Positions 1-9,789 of a stretch of DNA of 64,000 bases are shown piece by piece. Both the position numbers and the translations under genes were made by a program. Origin of the DNA: a virus (lineage: Duplodnaviria; Caudoviricetes); IMG/VR virus record IMGVR_UViG_3300011008_000028; one strand, given 5' to 3'. The first letter of the stretch is position 1, and each line of letters begins with the position of its first letter. The notes under the pieces were generated by a model. The model did no database searches, had not been told where the DNA came from, and saw only the letters and a program-made list of their open reading frames with translations.

Positions 1-320
1 TGGAATATGCAACCAAGTTCTACAATAAGTATGCTGTAAAGACTACGACAATCCAGACAACTTCGTCTACAGGTACAGGCAAACGTCCTGATGCTGCGGC
101 ATCGAGAAAGGTTCCGTACCTTGTAAGGGTTGAAGTAGGTGAACTCCGTATTCGTGAAAAGCCCAGTATTAATTCGACGATCAAAGGATCTATAAAAGAT
201 AAATCCATATATACGATCGTCGAAGAAGCCAAGGGCGTAGGAACAATACTCTGGGGCAGACTGAAGTCTGGTGCAGGATGGATTGCTCTTGATTACACTT
301 CATTCGTAAGGAATGTATAA
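1..320 (+). CDS. Cell-wall hydrolase/endolysin, C-terminal part (5'-truncated by window) with SH3-like cell-wall-binding domain
   Basis: Frame 3 translated by hand: ...EYATKFYNKYA-(T/S linker)-VPYLVRVEVGELRIREKPS...YTIVEEAKGVGTILWGRLKSGAGWIALDY...NV, stop TAA 318-320. WGRLKSGAGWIxLDY is the typical C-terminus of Clostridia phage lysins. Confidence 0.8.
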   Translation, partial: EYATKFYNKYAVKTTTIQTTSSTGTGKRPDAAASRKVPYLVRVEVGELRIREKPSINSTIKGSIKDKSIYTIVEEAKGVGTILWGRLKSGAGWIALDYTSFVRNV

Positions 321-437
321 CGACAAAAAATTAAGAAGCTGATGAGGCTTCCTAATTGTTCACTTCACCGTATAAGCTCGAATGAAGTAGAGAACCGCTA
401 TATTTCTCCTGCGTGTATATGTAAAGCTTAAAGCAGC

Positions 438-584
438 TTACTTGCCTGATGTGAATATTGTTTCAATTACAAAGTTAATGGTCATAACTGTAAGCATTAC
501 AACTACAGCTATTGTGCTAACAATCGCACATGCCCATAGAATCGAAACAACGATTGAGAATATTATTGCGAATATCCCATCCAT
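438..584 (-). CDS. 48-aa hydrophobic membrane peptide (not in ORF track)
   Basis: MDGIFAIIFSIVVSILWACAIVSTIAVVVMLTVMTINFVIETIFTSGK. Strong SD AAAGGAGGTG upstream, CATATTATTA promoter-like motif near 651-658, paralog at 54931-55068. Confidence 0.75.
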   Translation of the reverse strand: MDGIFAIIFSIVVSILWACAIVSTIAVVVMLTVMTINFVIETIFTSGK

Positions 585-694
585 GATATTCACCTCCTTT
601 CATTAGGAGATATGAGATATTGGGTCCATCATTTCCTATATCTCATATTAATAATATGAGCATGTGAAGAGAAGATACGGTGTAAGTACAAAAG

Positions 695-726
695 AAATGA
701 TCCCCGGGAACTCCCGGGGATCATTT
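695..726. terminator. Palindromic hairpin, probable intrinsic terminator
   Basis: aaatgatccccggga-ac-tcccggggatcattt directly after the stop of the minus-strand operon. Confidence 0.75.
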
Positions 727-882
727 TTATGTCTCTAACATGAAGTCATATGTTGTCACTATAGTTCCGTCATCAAGCATTACATCGTATGAATACCCAA
801 TCGAAGTTCTTTCGACGATTCTGATGATTACACCATATTCGTCTCGACTAGGTATGTATACGATAACACCGGGACTATACAT
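727..882 (-). CDS. 51-aa hypothetical protein (not in ORF track)
   Basis: MYSPGVIVYIPSRDEYGVIIRIVERTSIGYSYDVMLDDGTIVTTYDFMLET fills the gap between the 886 ORF and the hairpin. Confidence 0.6.
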   Translation of the reverse strand: MYSPGVIVYIPSRDEYGVIIRIVERTSIGYSYDVMLDDGTIVTTYDFMLET

Positions 883-885
883 GAC

Positions 886-1401
886 TCATATAACACCTCG
901 CTTACATACACGGATTTTACCAGGCTTGATATATCTGGTATATACTTTTATCATCGTAGTGATATACCGCTGTAATGATGATATCATATCTTCATAGTAC
1001 TGAGTTGCAAATGGGTTGCCAGACCGCTCTTCATATGATTCATTAATCATCTTAAACATTGTAGTCAGAGTTACATCATAATCAACGGTAATATCAAAGC
1101 GGGAGTTTGAATCATGATGCCGCAATATCAATTCATCATGATCTCCCTTCTTCGCTTGTAATATAATTTGATTATCATTTCTCCGGAAGAAGTTGAAAAC
1201 AATCCCTTGATCATACCCTATGAACACGATAAAGTAGTCGATACCATCTATTGAATAGTATCGACGTATTTGCTTCATAGACTTAATGTTGCAACCATAT
1301 CCTTCGTCAATCATAATATCAACGACGGTCTTGCTTGGGAAAGTTTCCGATGCAAAATCGATATACTCAACCAGGTCCCTGACATGAAAGTTTGTACTCA
1401 T
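886..1401 (-). CDS. Hypothetical protein, paralog of 1398-1877
   Basis: ORF track, GGAGG SD, 4-nt overlap with neighbour, shared N- and C-terminal patterns. Confidence 0.75.
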   Translation of the reverse strand: MSTNFHVRDLVEYIDFASETFPSKTVVDIMIDEGYGCNIKSMKQIRRYYSIDGIDYFIVFIGYDQGIVFNFFRRNDNQIILQAKKGDHDELILRHHDSNSRFDITVDYDVTLTTMFKMINESYEERSGNPFATQYYEDMISSLQRYITTMIKVYTRYIKPGKIRVCKRGVI

Positions 1402-1877
1402 TCTTCTCCTCCTTGAAACATGATATTGACTCTGTGCCTAGTTCTGTATCTGTGAATAAAACTATTAATATCAGACGGGAAGCTTTCGATAAATCGTTCT
1501 ATGTTCTGGTAATAAACACCATCTATGTCTGCACAATCATTGTCATACTCTTCCATCAATGAATCAAATATGTTGTTTATCCCACATAAAGGTTGAGCAT
1601 GCTTTTCACAATATACATATTCTCTATCGTCCTGTACACCGTTCCCTAGTATGAATATCATGTCTTTATTCTCTGGGATAATTCTCACGATCAGGTATCC
1701 TGCTTCTGAATGGTATACATCAAAGCTTTCAATACCTTTCTCTGACATATTTCTGAGAATTGCATAATGATCTTTGAAGTCATCAGATGGCGAAGCATAC
1801 TTCTCTGTATTGAAGACAATTCCATTCCATGAATTGGGATCATTAAGCATCTCTAATAAATCTTGACATGTATACAT
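1398..1877 (-). CDS. Hypothetical protein
   Basis: ORF track, AAGGA SD, co-oriented operon. Confidence 0.75.
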   Translation of the reverse strand: MYTCQDLLEMLNDPNSWNGIVFNTEKYASPSDDFKDHYAILRNMSEKGIESFDVYHSEAGYLIVRIIPENKDMIFILGNGVQDDREYVYCEKHAQPLCGINNIFDSLMEEYDNDCADIDGVYYQNIERFIESFPSDINSFIHRYRTRHRVNIMFQGGEE

Positions 1878-1912
1878 TTATTCATTCCTTTCTAACATAT
1901 TACCATGTGCCC

Positions 1913-2569
1913 TCAAACAGGGGCACATGGTAATACTATTGTACCAAGTGTATCGTATGAATATGCTGGAACATCTCGTTTTGTATATGATACTTTGGTA
2001 TTTAAACGATCATTCCAGCATTCAAGTATTCTATCATATTCGGTATATGATTCAGTCTCATCATAGCACAAACATTGATTGTATAATAATTCAGTTACAG
2101 CAATAAACTCATCCCTAGATACTTCTCTATCCCATAATGGGATTTTGATAATATCATTGCTAATCAATGAAATCATTGCCCCATTCGACCATGTATCAAA
2201 ATCATGCTTCGAGATAAATGTACATATATGAGGTATTTGAACATTGGTCTCATCCGGAATATGTGCCATTACAATTCCACCATGTATCTTGATGGGATCA
2301 CAATTTGGTGTTAGAGACATTCCTGCATAATGTTGACGAGCAAAGCATTCTGTATCAGGTAGTATAATGGCCTCTTCGGGACGCCACTTATAATCCTCAT
2401 CTCCAAATACATCATATACTTGAATCATAGTTTTTCCAAATCTGTGCTTCTTTTTCAAATATATGACAGAACGTTTCAACCCAACATCATGAACATATCG
2501 ATTGTCATTTGTAGTCGGATATTCCAGATTCGTAGTCAGGCATGGTTGATTTTGGATCAATTCGCCCAT
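1913..2569 (-). CDS. Hypothetical protein
   Basis: ORF track, AAAGGAG SD, TATATTAT motif upstream (2624-2631). Confidence 0.75.
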   Translation of the reverse strand: MGELIQNQPCLTTNLEYPTTNDNRYVHDVGLKRSVIYLKKKHRFGKTMIQVYDVFGDEDYKWRPEEAIILPDTECFARQHYAGMSLTPNCDPIKIHGGIVMAHIPDETNVQIPHICTFISKHDFDTWSNGAMISLISNDIIKIPLWDREVSRDEFIAVTELLYNQCLCYDETESYTEYDRILECWNDRLNTKVSYTKRDVPAYSYDTLGTIVLPCAPV

Positions 2570-2699
2570 TCTTCACATCTCCTTTCTAAATATTTTGAAA
2601 ATATTTTCATATTCTCTGCATTAATAATATATATTTATAAAAGAATGAACTGCAGGTGGGATATCCCACCTGCGGGATTGTTAATGTTTATTGAACGAA

Positions 2700-3338
2700 T
2701 TAGTCTGTTGGATATATTGTGAAGCTCCCTTGATATTGAGTCCAATCATCAAGGTAACCTCTTAGTATGAACTGTTGACCTTTGTCTTCTACTTGTCCGA
2801 CATACTCAATATCATCAGCATCCCTCATAATCCGTTCTTCACCGTTGTAATTCACGGTAAGATTAGTATCATCACTCATGATGATCGCCCGGATTTTATT
2901 ATCGAGAAGAAGTCTAAAGTCATTTGCTGCATCCTGATTGTTGAAAACTCCTTCAACTTCAGGAAATATTTGTTGGATGAGCTGAAGAATACTAACTTTC
3001 TTTATTACCTTCCTAGGAGCAACTTTGATATCGATAATGTATGTCGTGTCCTGTTCTTCTGGAACTCCTTCAATTGTTATCGGGATATATCCAGGGCGAA
3101 TGTTATCGAAGTTGCATACAGCCTTTGCAGATCTGCACTTTATTAACTTATTACTATTCTGCTCAGGCATGTACAGTTCACCTTTCTCAGCGGCATTATC
3201 CAGCATCGCCTGAAGGTTATCGACATATGTCTGTGCTTCCTCCTTCGGATCAGGTTTGTCATTGAAATCAAAGGAATAGTTTTGTACAGTATTGTCGAGT
3301 ACATCTTTGAGATTATCAAGCATTTCTTTAGTCACCAT
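2700..3338 (-). CDS. Hypothetical protein
   Basis: ORF track 2700-3353; start moved to MVTKE after GAGGTG SD. Confidence 0.75.
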   Translation of the reverse strand: MVTKEMLDNLKDVLDNTVQNYSFDFNDKPDPKEEAQTYVDNLQAMLDNAAEKGELYMPEQNSNKLIKCRSAKAVCNFDNIRPGYIPITIEGVPEEQDTTYIIDIKVAPRKVIKKVSILQLIQQIFPEVEGVFNNQDAANDFRLLLDNKIRAIIMSDDTNLTVNYNGEERIMRDADDIEYVGQVEDKGQQFILRGYLDDWTQYQGSFTIYPTD

Positions 3339-3339
3339 T

Positions 3340-3543
3340 TTACACCTCTCCATTCGTTAGAACGTTTATCTTCTTCTGAAGCCGATCAATCTCCTGTGCT
3401 AAGTCTAGCACGATATTGCAGAGTTTGACTATGCTTTCTTCAGTTCTAGAAGGGCCATACATACACGTATCCCTATCATCAGATATATGCTGAATTATAT
3501 AATCGAGATGCTCATTGATATTATCCATTTTTTCTTGGGTCAT
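3340..3543 (-). CDS. Hypothetical protein
   Basis: ORF track, AAAGGAGG SD, overlap with neighbour. Confidence 0.7.
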   Translation of the reverse strand: MTQEKMDNINEHLDYIIQHISDDRDTCMYGPSRTEESIVKLCNIVLDLAQEIDRLQKKINVLTNGEV

Positions 3544-3746
3544 CGTCTGTATCCTCCTTTTCCATCCTTGATAGGCTTTATGAATGCATTATACGCCTTC
3601 TCATGAAGATAACATATTGAACACCCGATATTCTCTGCATCAACAACGACGCCATCCTCGGAGGGTTTAAGTTCATATACCTCTCCATTCTTCTTTATGC
3701 GGAACTTAGTGGTATCATAATAATCCAAGAAATCTTTAACTTTCAT
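3540..3746 (-). CDS. Hypothetical protein
   Basis: ORF track, AAAGGA SD. Confidence 0.7.
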   Translation of the reverse strand: MKVKDFLDYYDTTKFRIKKNGEVYELKPSEDGVVVDAENIGCSICYLHEKAYNAFIKPIKDGKGGYRR

Positions 3747-3819
3747 AATTACTTTCCTTTCTCTTATAATGAAAGAATATCCATGGAGCCTATTATAGGC
3801 TCCATGGATTTATTATATT

Positions 3820-4227
3820 TTACTTTTGATCTCCTACCCATATCTTGGTATAGAGTCCACAGTGACATATAGCATCACCGATGGTCTCACGGAATTCTCT
3901 GCACTTACACAGTGTATCCTTATTTTTTGTGATCTTGCAAGGGCAGTAACCATCATTATCTTTGATCGCCTGTTCGATTTGGTCGGCGCCTTTACCGCTA
4001 TTACGGTGAATGATGTCCGCACGTTCAAACTGATACTCTTGGTTACTATCCACATTAGCCGGAACTTTCTTCCCTAGGAATGCTTCGATCGGTTCGGAAA
4101 GTTTGATTCCTGTCTTGAGATTGGTGTATCCAACGATCCCATTCTCATACGTATCGACAATGTACAGCTCACCTGTGTAGTATCTGTATATACGGCCTAC
4201 TGCTAATTCGCGATCCATATTAATCAA
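3820..4227 (-). CDS. DUF1653-like N-domain fused to ferredoxin:thioredoxin/disulfide reductase catalytic-type domain
   Basis: C-half GYCPC...CKC...CHCGLY matches the CPC/CPC/CHC pattern of FTR catalytic subunits; N-half GRIYRYYTGELYIV...QEYQFE resembles DUF1653. Confidence 0.65.
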   Translation of the reverse strand: MINMDRELAVGRIYRYYTGELYIVDTYENGIVGYTNLKTGIKLSEPIEAFLGKKVPANVDSNQEYQFERADIIHRNSGKGADQIEQAIKDNDGYCPCKITKNKDTLCKCREFRETIGDAICHCGLYTKIWVGDQK

Positions 4228-4274
4228 CTCCTTTACGATTGTTTCGCAATTGAATACGATTAATCGACAGTTGA

Positions 4275-4796
4275 TTACGGATGATTAGATTGCAGTGTCA
4301 TGAACTCGTTACTGATGTACCGAGCATACTGGTTGGGAGATGCCAGCTTCACCCCGAGAGTTTCATCGAACTTCGATTGTTGCCCAGGTATGAACCGGCC
4401 GAACTTAACGATGATATTCGGGATTTCCGCGAGTTGTTTTATCTCCTTCTCAACTTCTTCTTCTTTGTATCCGGTGTATATGACAATGGTATCATTCACC
4501 CTCTCCCTGAAGAGTTTGATCAAGTTGTATAACTCCTCAAACTGTTCAAAGGGTTCAAGCCCACCGAACACAATGGCGGAAGTAAACTGATTACAGAGAT
4601 AACGGGAAACGATCTGTTCATCATCAATATCGATTACTCGTGCTCCTCGCCAGAAATCATTCTGACATGTTGCAATATCGATACCGGCTTCGATACAACA
4701 TTTCCCACTGCATGAAATAGTTCCAATGAACATTGATGGAACTTTGAAGTTGATGAAGTCTTCGTCTTTGATTGTTTTGACTCTCATTTTGATCAC
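4275..4796 (-). CDS. nrdG: Anaerobic ribonucleotide reductase activating enzyme (radical SAM)
   Basis: CSGKC...CQN cluster motif, FGGLEPF, IYTGY, KFGRF, LASPNQ; overlaps nrdD stop. Confidence 0.88.
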   Translation of the reverse strand: MIKMRVKTIKDEDFINFKVPSMFIGTISCSGKCCIEAGIDIATCQNDFWRGARVIDIDDEQIVSRYLCNQFTSAIVFGGLEPFEQFEELYNLIKLFRERVNDTIVIYTGYKEEEVEKEIKQLAEIPNIIVKFGRFIPGQQSKFDETLGVKLASPNQYARYISNEFMTLQSNHP

Positions 4797-6062
4797 TCCA
4801 TTAATGTTTGCGCATATTCGAACCAGAGTCTAGAATTGAACTCCTTCTTGCGATCCATGGAGTACGATCTGGTAGGTACAAGGTAACCAACGATACGTTG
4901 ATATGTATCGAATACCGGTTCTCCACATACATCACAGTGATCTCCCAGGAACGCATGATGGTTCTTGCATTCATTTATCCGGGTGTTGTACGCAAAGTAG
5001 ATGACATCCGACAGAGCAATCTCGTTGAGGTTAACCCATGCAGCATCTGTATTCGGGAAGTTTGCTTCCAGATTGATGTGGGCAATTGCTCCACCCCCAC
5101 ACTTGGCATCGAGTATTGAGCATACTCTGAGCTTTTCCTTGAGAGTGCACTGCTGTGAAAGCGGGATCCACTGATTAGAGTATATGAATCTATCCGGGTT
5201 GTAATATCTGGATTCAGGGTATAACACATTATCCTTTTGGGCAAATATGCACGCACAGCGCTCGCCCGGGACGCTTTCAACGTTAAATGAATAATCGATC
5301 GTTAAATCTTCATATTGTGGATGAGTAGTATCGACTTGAATCCATTTCTGTTTAATCGTATTAAATGTGTCTTTTACATCGTTGAGTACTTCGAATATCT
5401 GAGATGAAAACTCTATACCTTCTTTGGTGTAGTATACATTCCCGAATTCATCCTGTTCCGTCATTCCGAGTGCTTCAATAACTTCATACATTCCAAGGAT
5501 TCCAATTGTACTGTAGCAATGATCCATTTCCACGCCGCCATCACAGAAGTTAGGAAGTAATCCTTTATCAATGTTACGTTTGATAATATGGCGTTGAACG
5601 TCCAGGACTTTGCAACATAATAGAGTTTTAGAACGTAAAATATCAAGATACTTCTTCTTGAGAAGTTCTCGATCATCTGAACCCATACATGCTTCAGTTT
5701 CATAAACAATCCTCATCAGGTTGATTGTATTAACTTTGATAGAGCCAATCGATAGAGCTGTACCGCCGATGGAGTTAATGAATGCATTCAATTTTTGGGT
5801 GTCGGACAATAAACGGCAGCAATTTGAGAGGACGCCACAGTCTGTGGACATGAAGAAGTTTGAATCATTCCATACGGTGTTATGATCGGAACACCATCTT
5901 GCAAATTCATTATCCGCAAACACATCATAGTGTTGGGTTCGTCTCATTTCGGCAATATCAGCCTCTGTCATCCATTCCCGTTCGTTGAATCCTGGTTTGG
6001 AAGCAAGTTCCTTTAATGTTTCGGGGGTTGATATTTTCTTCTTAAGAAGAGAATACGTCAAT
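4793..6062 (-). CDS. nrdD: Class III ribonucleoside-triphosphate reductase, exon 2
   Basis: SNCCRL finger loop, GSIKVNTINL, GGGAIAH, CKNH/CDVC Zn site, glycyl-radical motif QRIVGYL. Confidence 0.92.
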
Positions 6063-7101
6063 CGTTGTATTCATACAGTTCGCAGCACTGCACAGTTCTC
6101 TTATGAACTTCCCTATGTCACCATAGGATACTAGACTATATCATATCCCAGATATGATATATCTGGGATCCCAGCACTTCGCGTTTCCTCAGTCCCTTGC
6201 AGGATTTAAACTGACCTGGCATTAGCTTCCAGGGCTACTCTACTCACTTCCATATTAGATATCATCATCTAAATATGCGCTTTCGATAGTCGTTGCACTT
6301 TTCCATCGATATGGACTTAGCTCATGATTGTCTGAATAATGTGTATTGAAGTGACATTTATGACATAAAACGACTATATTGGATTCATCTATAAAATCCG
6401 GATATGTGATTAATTGAGCATAAAATGTCGTTTTGTCATGATCATATGTCGTTTTAAGAAATTCATCAAGTATTACTTTGAATGGCTTAATATGGTGGGT
6501 CTCTATATTCTCTGTAGATTTACAGTGTACACAAACGGTACCACGATTTCTGATTATGCGTTTAGAAATCGTTTTAAGCATTCCTCTGGCAAGAGATTTC
6601 TCGTTCAATGCACCCCTGTAATTTGGATTTTTAGATCCAATATATCTGCCTAATAAACTATTACTAATTCGATTTCTTAATTCGACATTGTTGATTTTTG
6701 ACTTTCGATCAGTAATTCCCATTCTATTAAGAATGATCGTAATGTTAGATCTAGTACAGCCAAGCATCAATGCGATTTCTAGATCAGTGTAGCCATAATC
6801 ATGCAATTCTTTAACTGCATTTTTGTCTACTACAGAAGTTCGAATTCCCATCTTGATTAGTTCATGCGTTACTGTACTTATACCACAACCTAATTGTTGG
6901 GCAATTTCTCTATGTAAGTAGCCCTCTTCCCTAAGACGTAGTATTTCGTCACGAATATCTTTGGTAATTTTCATATATTACACCTCCTTTCATATAGGCG
7001 TAATATATCACTAAATACACATTGTGAAAAATATTTTCAGAGTTTCCATGAATTCACTGGGTTTTCATAACGGATTACTCTGTTATGCCGCTATTTTTTC
7101 A
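6063..7101 (-). mobile_element. Group I intron (IA2-like) in nrdD, 1039 nt
   Basis: P1 CCGUU/AGCGG with U-G wobble at the 5' splice site, terminal G at 6063, P7 elements GCAACGACTA (~6287-6296) and GATATAGTCT (~6133-6142). Splicing restores TFP-V-LTYSLL in frame. Confidence 0.9.
6255..6974 (-). CDS. Intron-encoded HNH homing endonuclease with N-terminal HTH repeats
   Basis: Two HTH-like repeats (REIAQQLGCG, LEIALMLGCT), CVHC..HHIKPF...NIVVLCHKCH; ORF runs into the intron P7 element (SATTIE). Confidence 0.88.
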   Translation of the reverse strand: MKITKDIRDEILRLREEGYLHREIAQQLGCGISTVTHELIKMGIRTSVVDKNAVKELHDYGYTDLEIALMLGCTRSNITIILNRMGITDRKSKINNVELRNRISNSLLGRYIGSKNPNYRGALNEKSLARGMLKTISKRIIRNRGTVCVHCKSTENIETHHIKPFKVILDEFLKTTYDHDKTTFYAQLITYPDFIDESNIVVLCHKCHFNTHYSDNHELSPYRWKSATTIESAYLDDDI

Positions 7102-7955
7102 ACGGGGAACGTGAACATATTTTGCTTGCGAACATCGGACACAACTTCCATGAATATCTTCTGATGTTCTATTATTTCATCAACACAATCGATGACACAT
7201 GTTCCATCCGGATATATAACTCCTCCGAAAAGAGACTCTATATAAAACCTGTCAAAAATTGAAACATTGGTGAAGCTCGACTGATCTACCCGGAGGAATG
7301 GCTGGTTTAGGCGGTATATCAACTTCTGGAATGTTTGTCTCAAGTAATAGTCGGGATTACGGATATAATAATCATTAGCAACATCATTCTTCCAGAAATA
7401 GTATGTCCAGATTAAAACATTTGGGATACCGACCGCGCCTGAAGTCCTGTTACACATGAAACTGATGTACTCGATCAGGTCATCTGTGAATGTCGTCAAA
7501 TGTTTTGGGGATTCATGGTTGTAATTCTGAAGGAAGAATAAACCTTCGGTAGCCAAGCGGGTTAGATCGTATGCAAAGCAGTAACTCATCTCAGATGAAG
7601 AAAATGCATCATGCATATAGAATGATCCATTCCACTCTGCTTCCAACCATTCCCTCGCAGTTTTAAGTCCGTATATCTTCTTAATATCATGAAAGATCTT
7701 ATTGAATGCAAACATCTTATCATGAGGCTTACCTTTCTCAGATATTAAAGATCTTACATCCTTATGTGATGCATTTGCATTGGCATCAATGGTTACATCA
7801 GCGACATTCTTGTCAATGAATCCGTTGATGAAATCGGAAAAGTTTAGGTTTGATTCATGGAGACCGTTCAGATATTCAAATCCTTCACCATATCGTATCT
7901 GAAGATTGGTAAGGGTTAATTCAAAATCCCGACAGGTTTTAATCGGAATATTCAT
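7102..7955 (-). CDS. nrdD: Class III ribonucleoside-triphosphate reductase, exon 1
   Basis: YMHD..SYC, TSGAVG, LNQP, QSSFTNVS, MFTFPV; no ATP-cone evident. Confidence 0.92.
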
Positions 7956-7979
7956 GATATATCAATCCTTTCATTTGGT

Positions 7980-8303
7980 TTAATATGAATCTCTTACTCG
8001 ATATCTCCATTCAAAGGTGTGATATAGCCAGTTATCAACATATTGGAACGACACCGTTCTCCAGCTGACACCGTGCTCTTCCTCATCCTGATCATCGAGT
8101 ATTCGTTCAATGAGCGCTTTCACCATTTCTTCCGCTTCTTCCTTTGAAGTCTTGGTAGATGTATAGAATACATATCCTGGGTACTCACTGGACGTTGGCC
8201 GGAGTCTGTCATAATAGATAGTAATACCGTTTATGTCAACTTCCAGTCGGAGCGGAATTGGATTTCCGGGTTTATATACTTTTGGCGTTATTGTATATTC
8301 CAT
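7980..8303 (-). CDS. Hypothetical protein
   Basis: ORF track, AAGGAG SD, inside RNR operon. Confidence 0.75.
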   Translation of the reverse strand: MEYTITPKVYKPGNPIPLRLEVDINGITIYYDRLRPTSSEYPGYVFYTSTKTSKEEAEEMVKALIERILDDQDEEEHGVSWRTVSFQYVDNWLYHTFEWRYRVRDSY

Positions 8304-8315
8304 TTTATGACTCCT

Positions 8316-8516
8316 TCAGAAGGTGTTTATATATGCAGCTGCTTCGGTGAAGGACATGATTGGTCCATCATCCTCCTGCAGCATCGGTACTGTAGAGATT
8401 CCGAGTTCCTGCATCTTATCAGTGTCATTGCACTCGGTATAGTCAATGCCTTTCTGATCAAGCTTCATCTTAAGAACCTTGCACTTGGGGCATCCTGTAG
8501 AATATAATGTAAGCAT
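8316..8516 (-). CDS. Glutaredoxin/NrdH-like redoxin
   Basis: LYSTGCPKC, TVPML cis-Pro motif, 66 aa. Confidence 0.85.
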   Translation of the reverse strand: MLTLYSTGCPKCKVLKMKLDQKGIDYTECNDTDKMQELGISTVPMLQEDDGPIMSFTEAAAYINTF

Positions 8517-8533
8517 TGTAATTTTCTCCTTTC

Positions 8534-8872
8534 TTATATATCTCCCTCGGCTCTGTGCAGCGATCTTTCAGCTTCGAAGCCCTGAGGAAATCTTGCCTTC
8601 AGCTTGTCAATGTTCATTTGCATGATATCATCCATTGTGCAACCAATGTAGTCACATGCTTCCGCAATGAACCAGAGTACATCACCGAGCTCTATCTTCA
8701 GATGATCCGTATCAAGATCATGGCCCTGATAGATCTTCTGAACCAACCCGGTGCATTCACCTGCTTCTGATGCGAGACCGCATACAGCATGGATGAGTTC
8801 ATCACGTGTACGTACTTTGTCTTTAAATACAGAAGTCACCATTGCCAACTTCTGATATTCAGTTCCTGTCAT
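8534..8872 (-). CDS. MazG-like NTP pyrophosphohydrolase
   Basis: GLASEAGE...ELGDVLWF...NIDKLKARFP. Confidence 0.88.
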   Translation of the reverse strand: MTGTEYQKLAMVTSVFKDKVRTRDELIHAVCGLASEAGECTGLVQKIYQGHDLDTDHLKIELGDVLWFIAEACDYIGCTMDDIMQMNIDKLKARFPQGFEAERSLHRAEGDI

Positions 8873-9062
8873 ATCTGTATTCCTCCTGATAAATAAGATT
8901 TAGTATCTCAATTGTTTTGAGCCTACTAGTAAGATATATCATTTCAATTTGAAATGGAGTTACAATATTGGAAAATCAAAAATTTGAATTCAATTTTCAC
9001 ATACAATGTCAAAAAAATGAATAAAAGAAAGCGGGGTTTATTACCCGCTTTCTGGTGATTAA

Positions 9063-9260
9063 TTATTCAACTTCATTCTCGCTTTCGTAAATCGTGATAT
9101 ATCTGATTGCTGTTTTGAATATCAGTCGTTCACAATTATCGACACATTGTACCACGTAGTACAACGGTGATTCGTCAACAACATTGCCGTCGATAGTATC
9201 GAATCCCGTACCCCTTAGCATCTTGATATGGACATATTTACCCTGTAATCTGTCATCCAT
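9063..9260 (-). CDS. Hypothetical small protein (possible Sm/Hfq-like beta fold)
   Basis: ORF track; LQGKYVHI...IDGNVVD...LIFKTAIRYI resembles an Sm-like pattern (weak). Confidence 0.55.
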   Translation of the reverse strand: MDDRLQGKYVHIKMLRGTGFDTIDGNVVDESPLYYVVQCVDNCERLIFKTAIRYITIYESENEVE

Positions 9261-9789
9261 TTGAGTTCATCCTTTCTTTGCGGAGATGTTCACTCCAATG
9301 TATTCCTTCCTGCGGGAAGATCTCATACTCAGTATAGTCATGATAGTTCCCACTGGAGTCCCGTGTTACTTCATGAAATTCATGAGTATAGAAACGATTG
9401 AAACGTTTGGCGAAACGATCGTAGTGTCTTTTCACCGGGTTATCGTTCATTACGCCGAACGTCATCCGGCGGATATGAACTTCGTTGATCAACTTATCCA
9501 GTATCTGTCTAACGGCGGTTGGAAATGCTGGGTCATTTTTGAATGACATCAGACCCCATCTCCACGCCGTAGAATCATACAGATCAAGTCTGTATTCAAT
9601 GTATCCTACCAGTTCTTCATGATCATTCACCACTGCATACTGAAATATCCGGTCATTGTCCAGAGGCTGGATATACAGCTGGAAATGTTCGATCGAGCCG
9701 CATAAGTACATTGACATCTTTTCATCATATGCCATCAATGCGAACTTTTTCTCGAGTTCTGCCTTATACACTATTGCTGGAACTAGCAT
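9253..9789 (-). CDS. GNAT-family N-acetyltransferase-like protein
   Basis: LVGYIEY...IRRMTFGV.NDNPVKRHYDRF resembles RimJ/RimL-type GNAT motifs. Confidence 0.65.
   Translation of the reverse strand: MLVPAIVYKAELEKKFALMAYDEKMSMYLCGSIEHFQLYIQPLDNDRIFQYAVVNDHEELVGYIEYRLDLYDSTAWRWGLMSFKNDPAFPTAVRQILDKLINEVHIRRMTFGVMNDNPVKRHYDRFAKRFNRFYTHEFHEVTRDSSGNYHDYTEYEIFPQEGIHWSEHLRKERMNSNG

Noticed and set aside
438-584. Holin call for the peptide beside the lysin
   Set aside because: It is on the opposite strand, has its own early-type promoter, and has a paralog far from any lysis gene. Not excluded, but unsupported.
4793-7955. nrdD as a pseudogene or naturally split two-subunit enzyme
   Set aside because: Group I intron elements and an exact in-frame splice junction explain the break.
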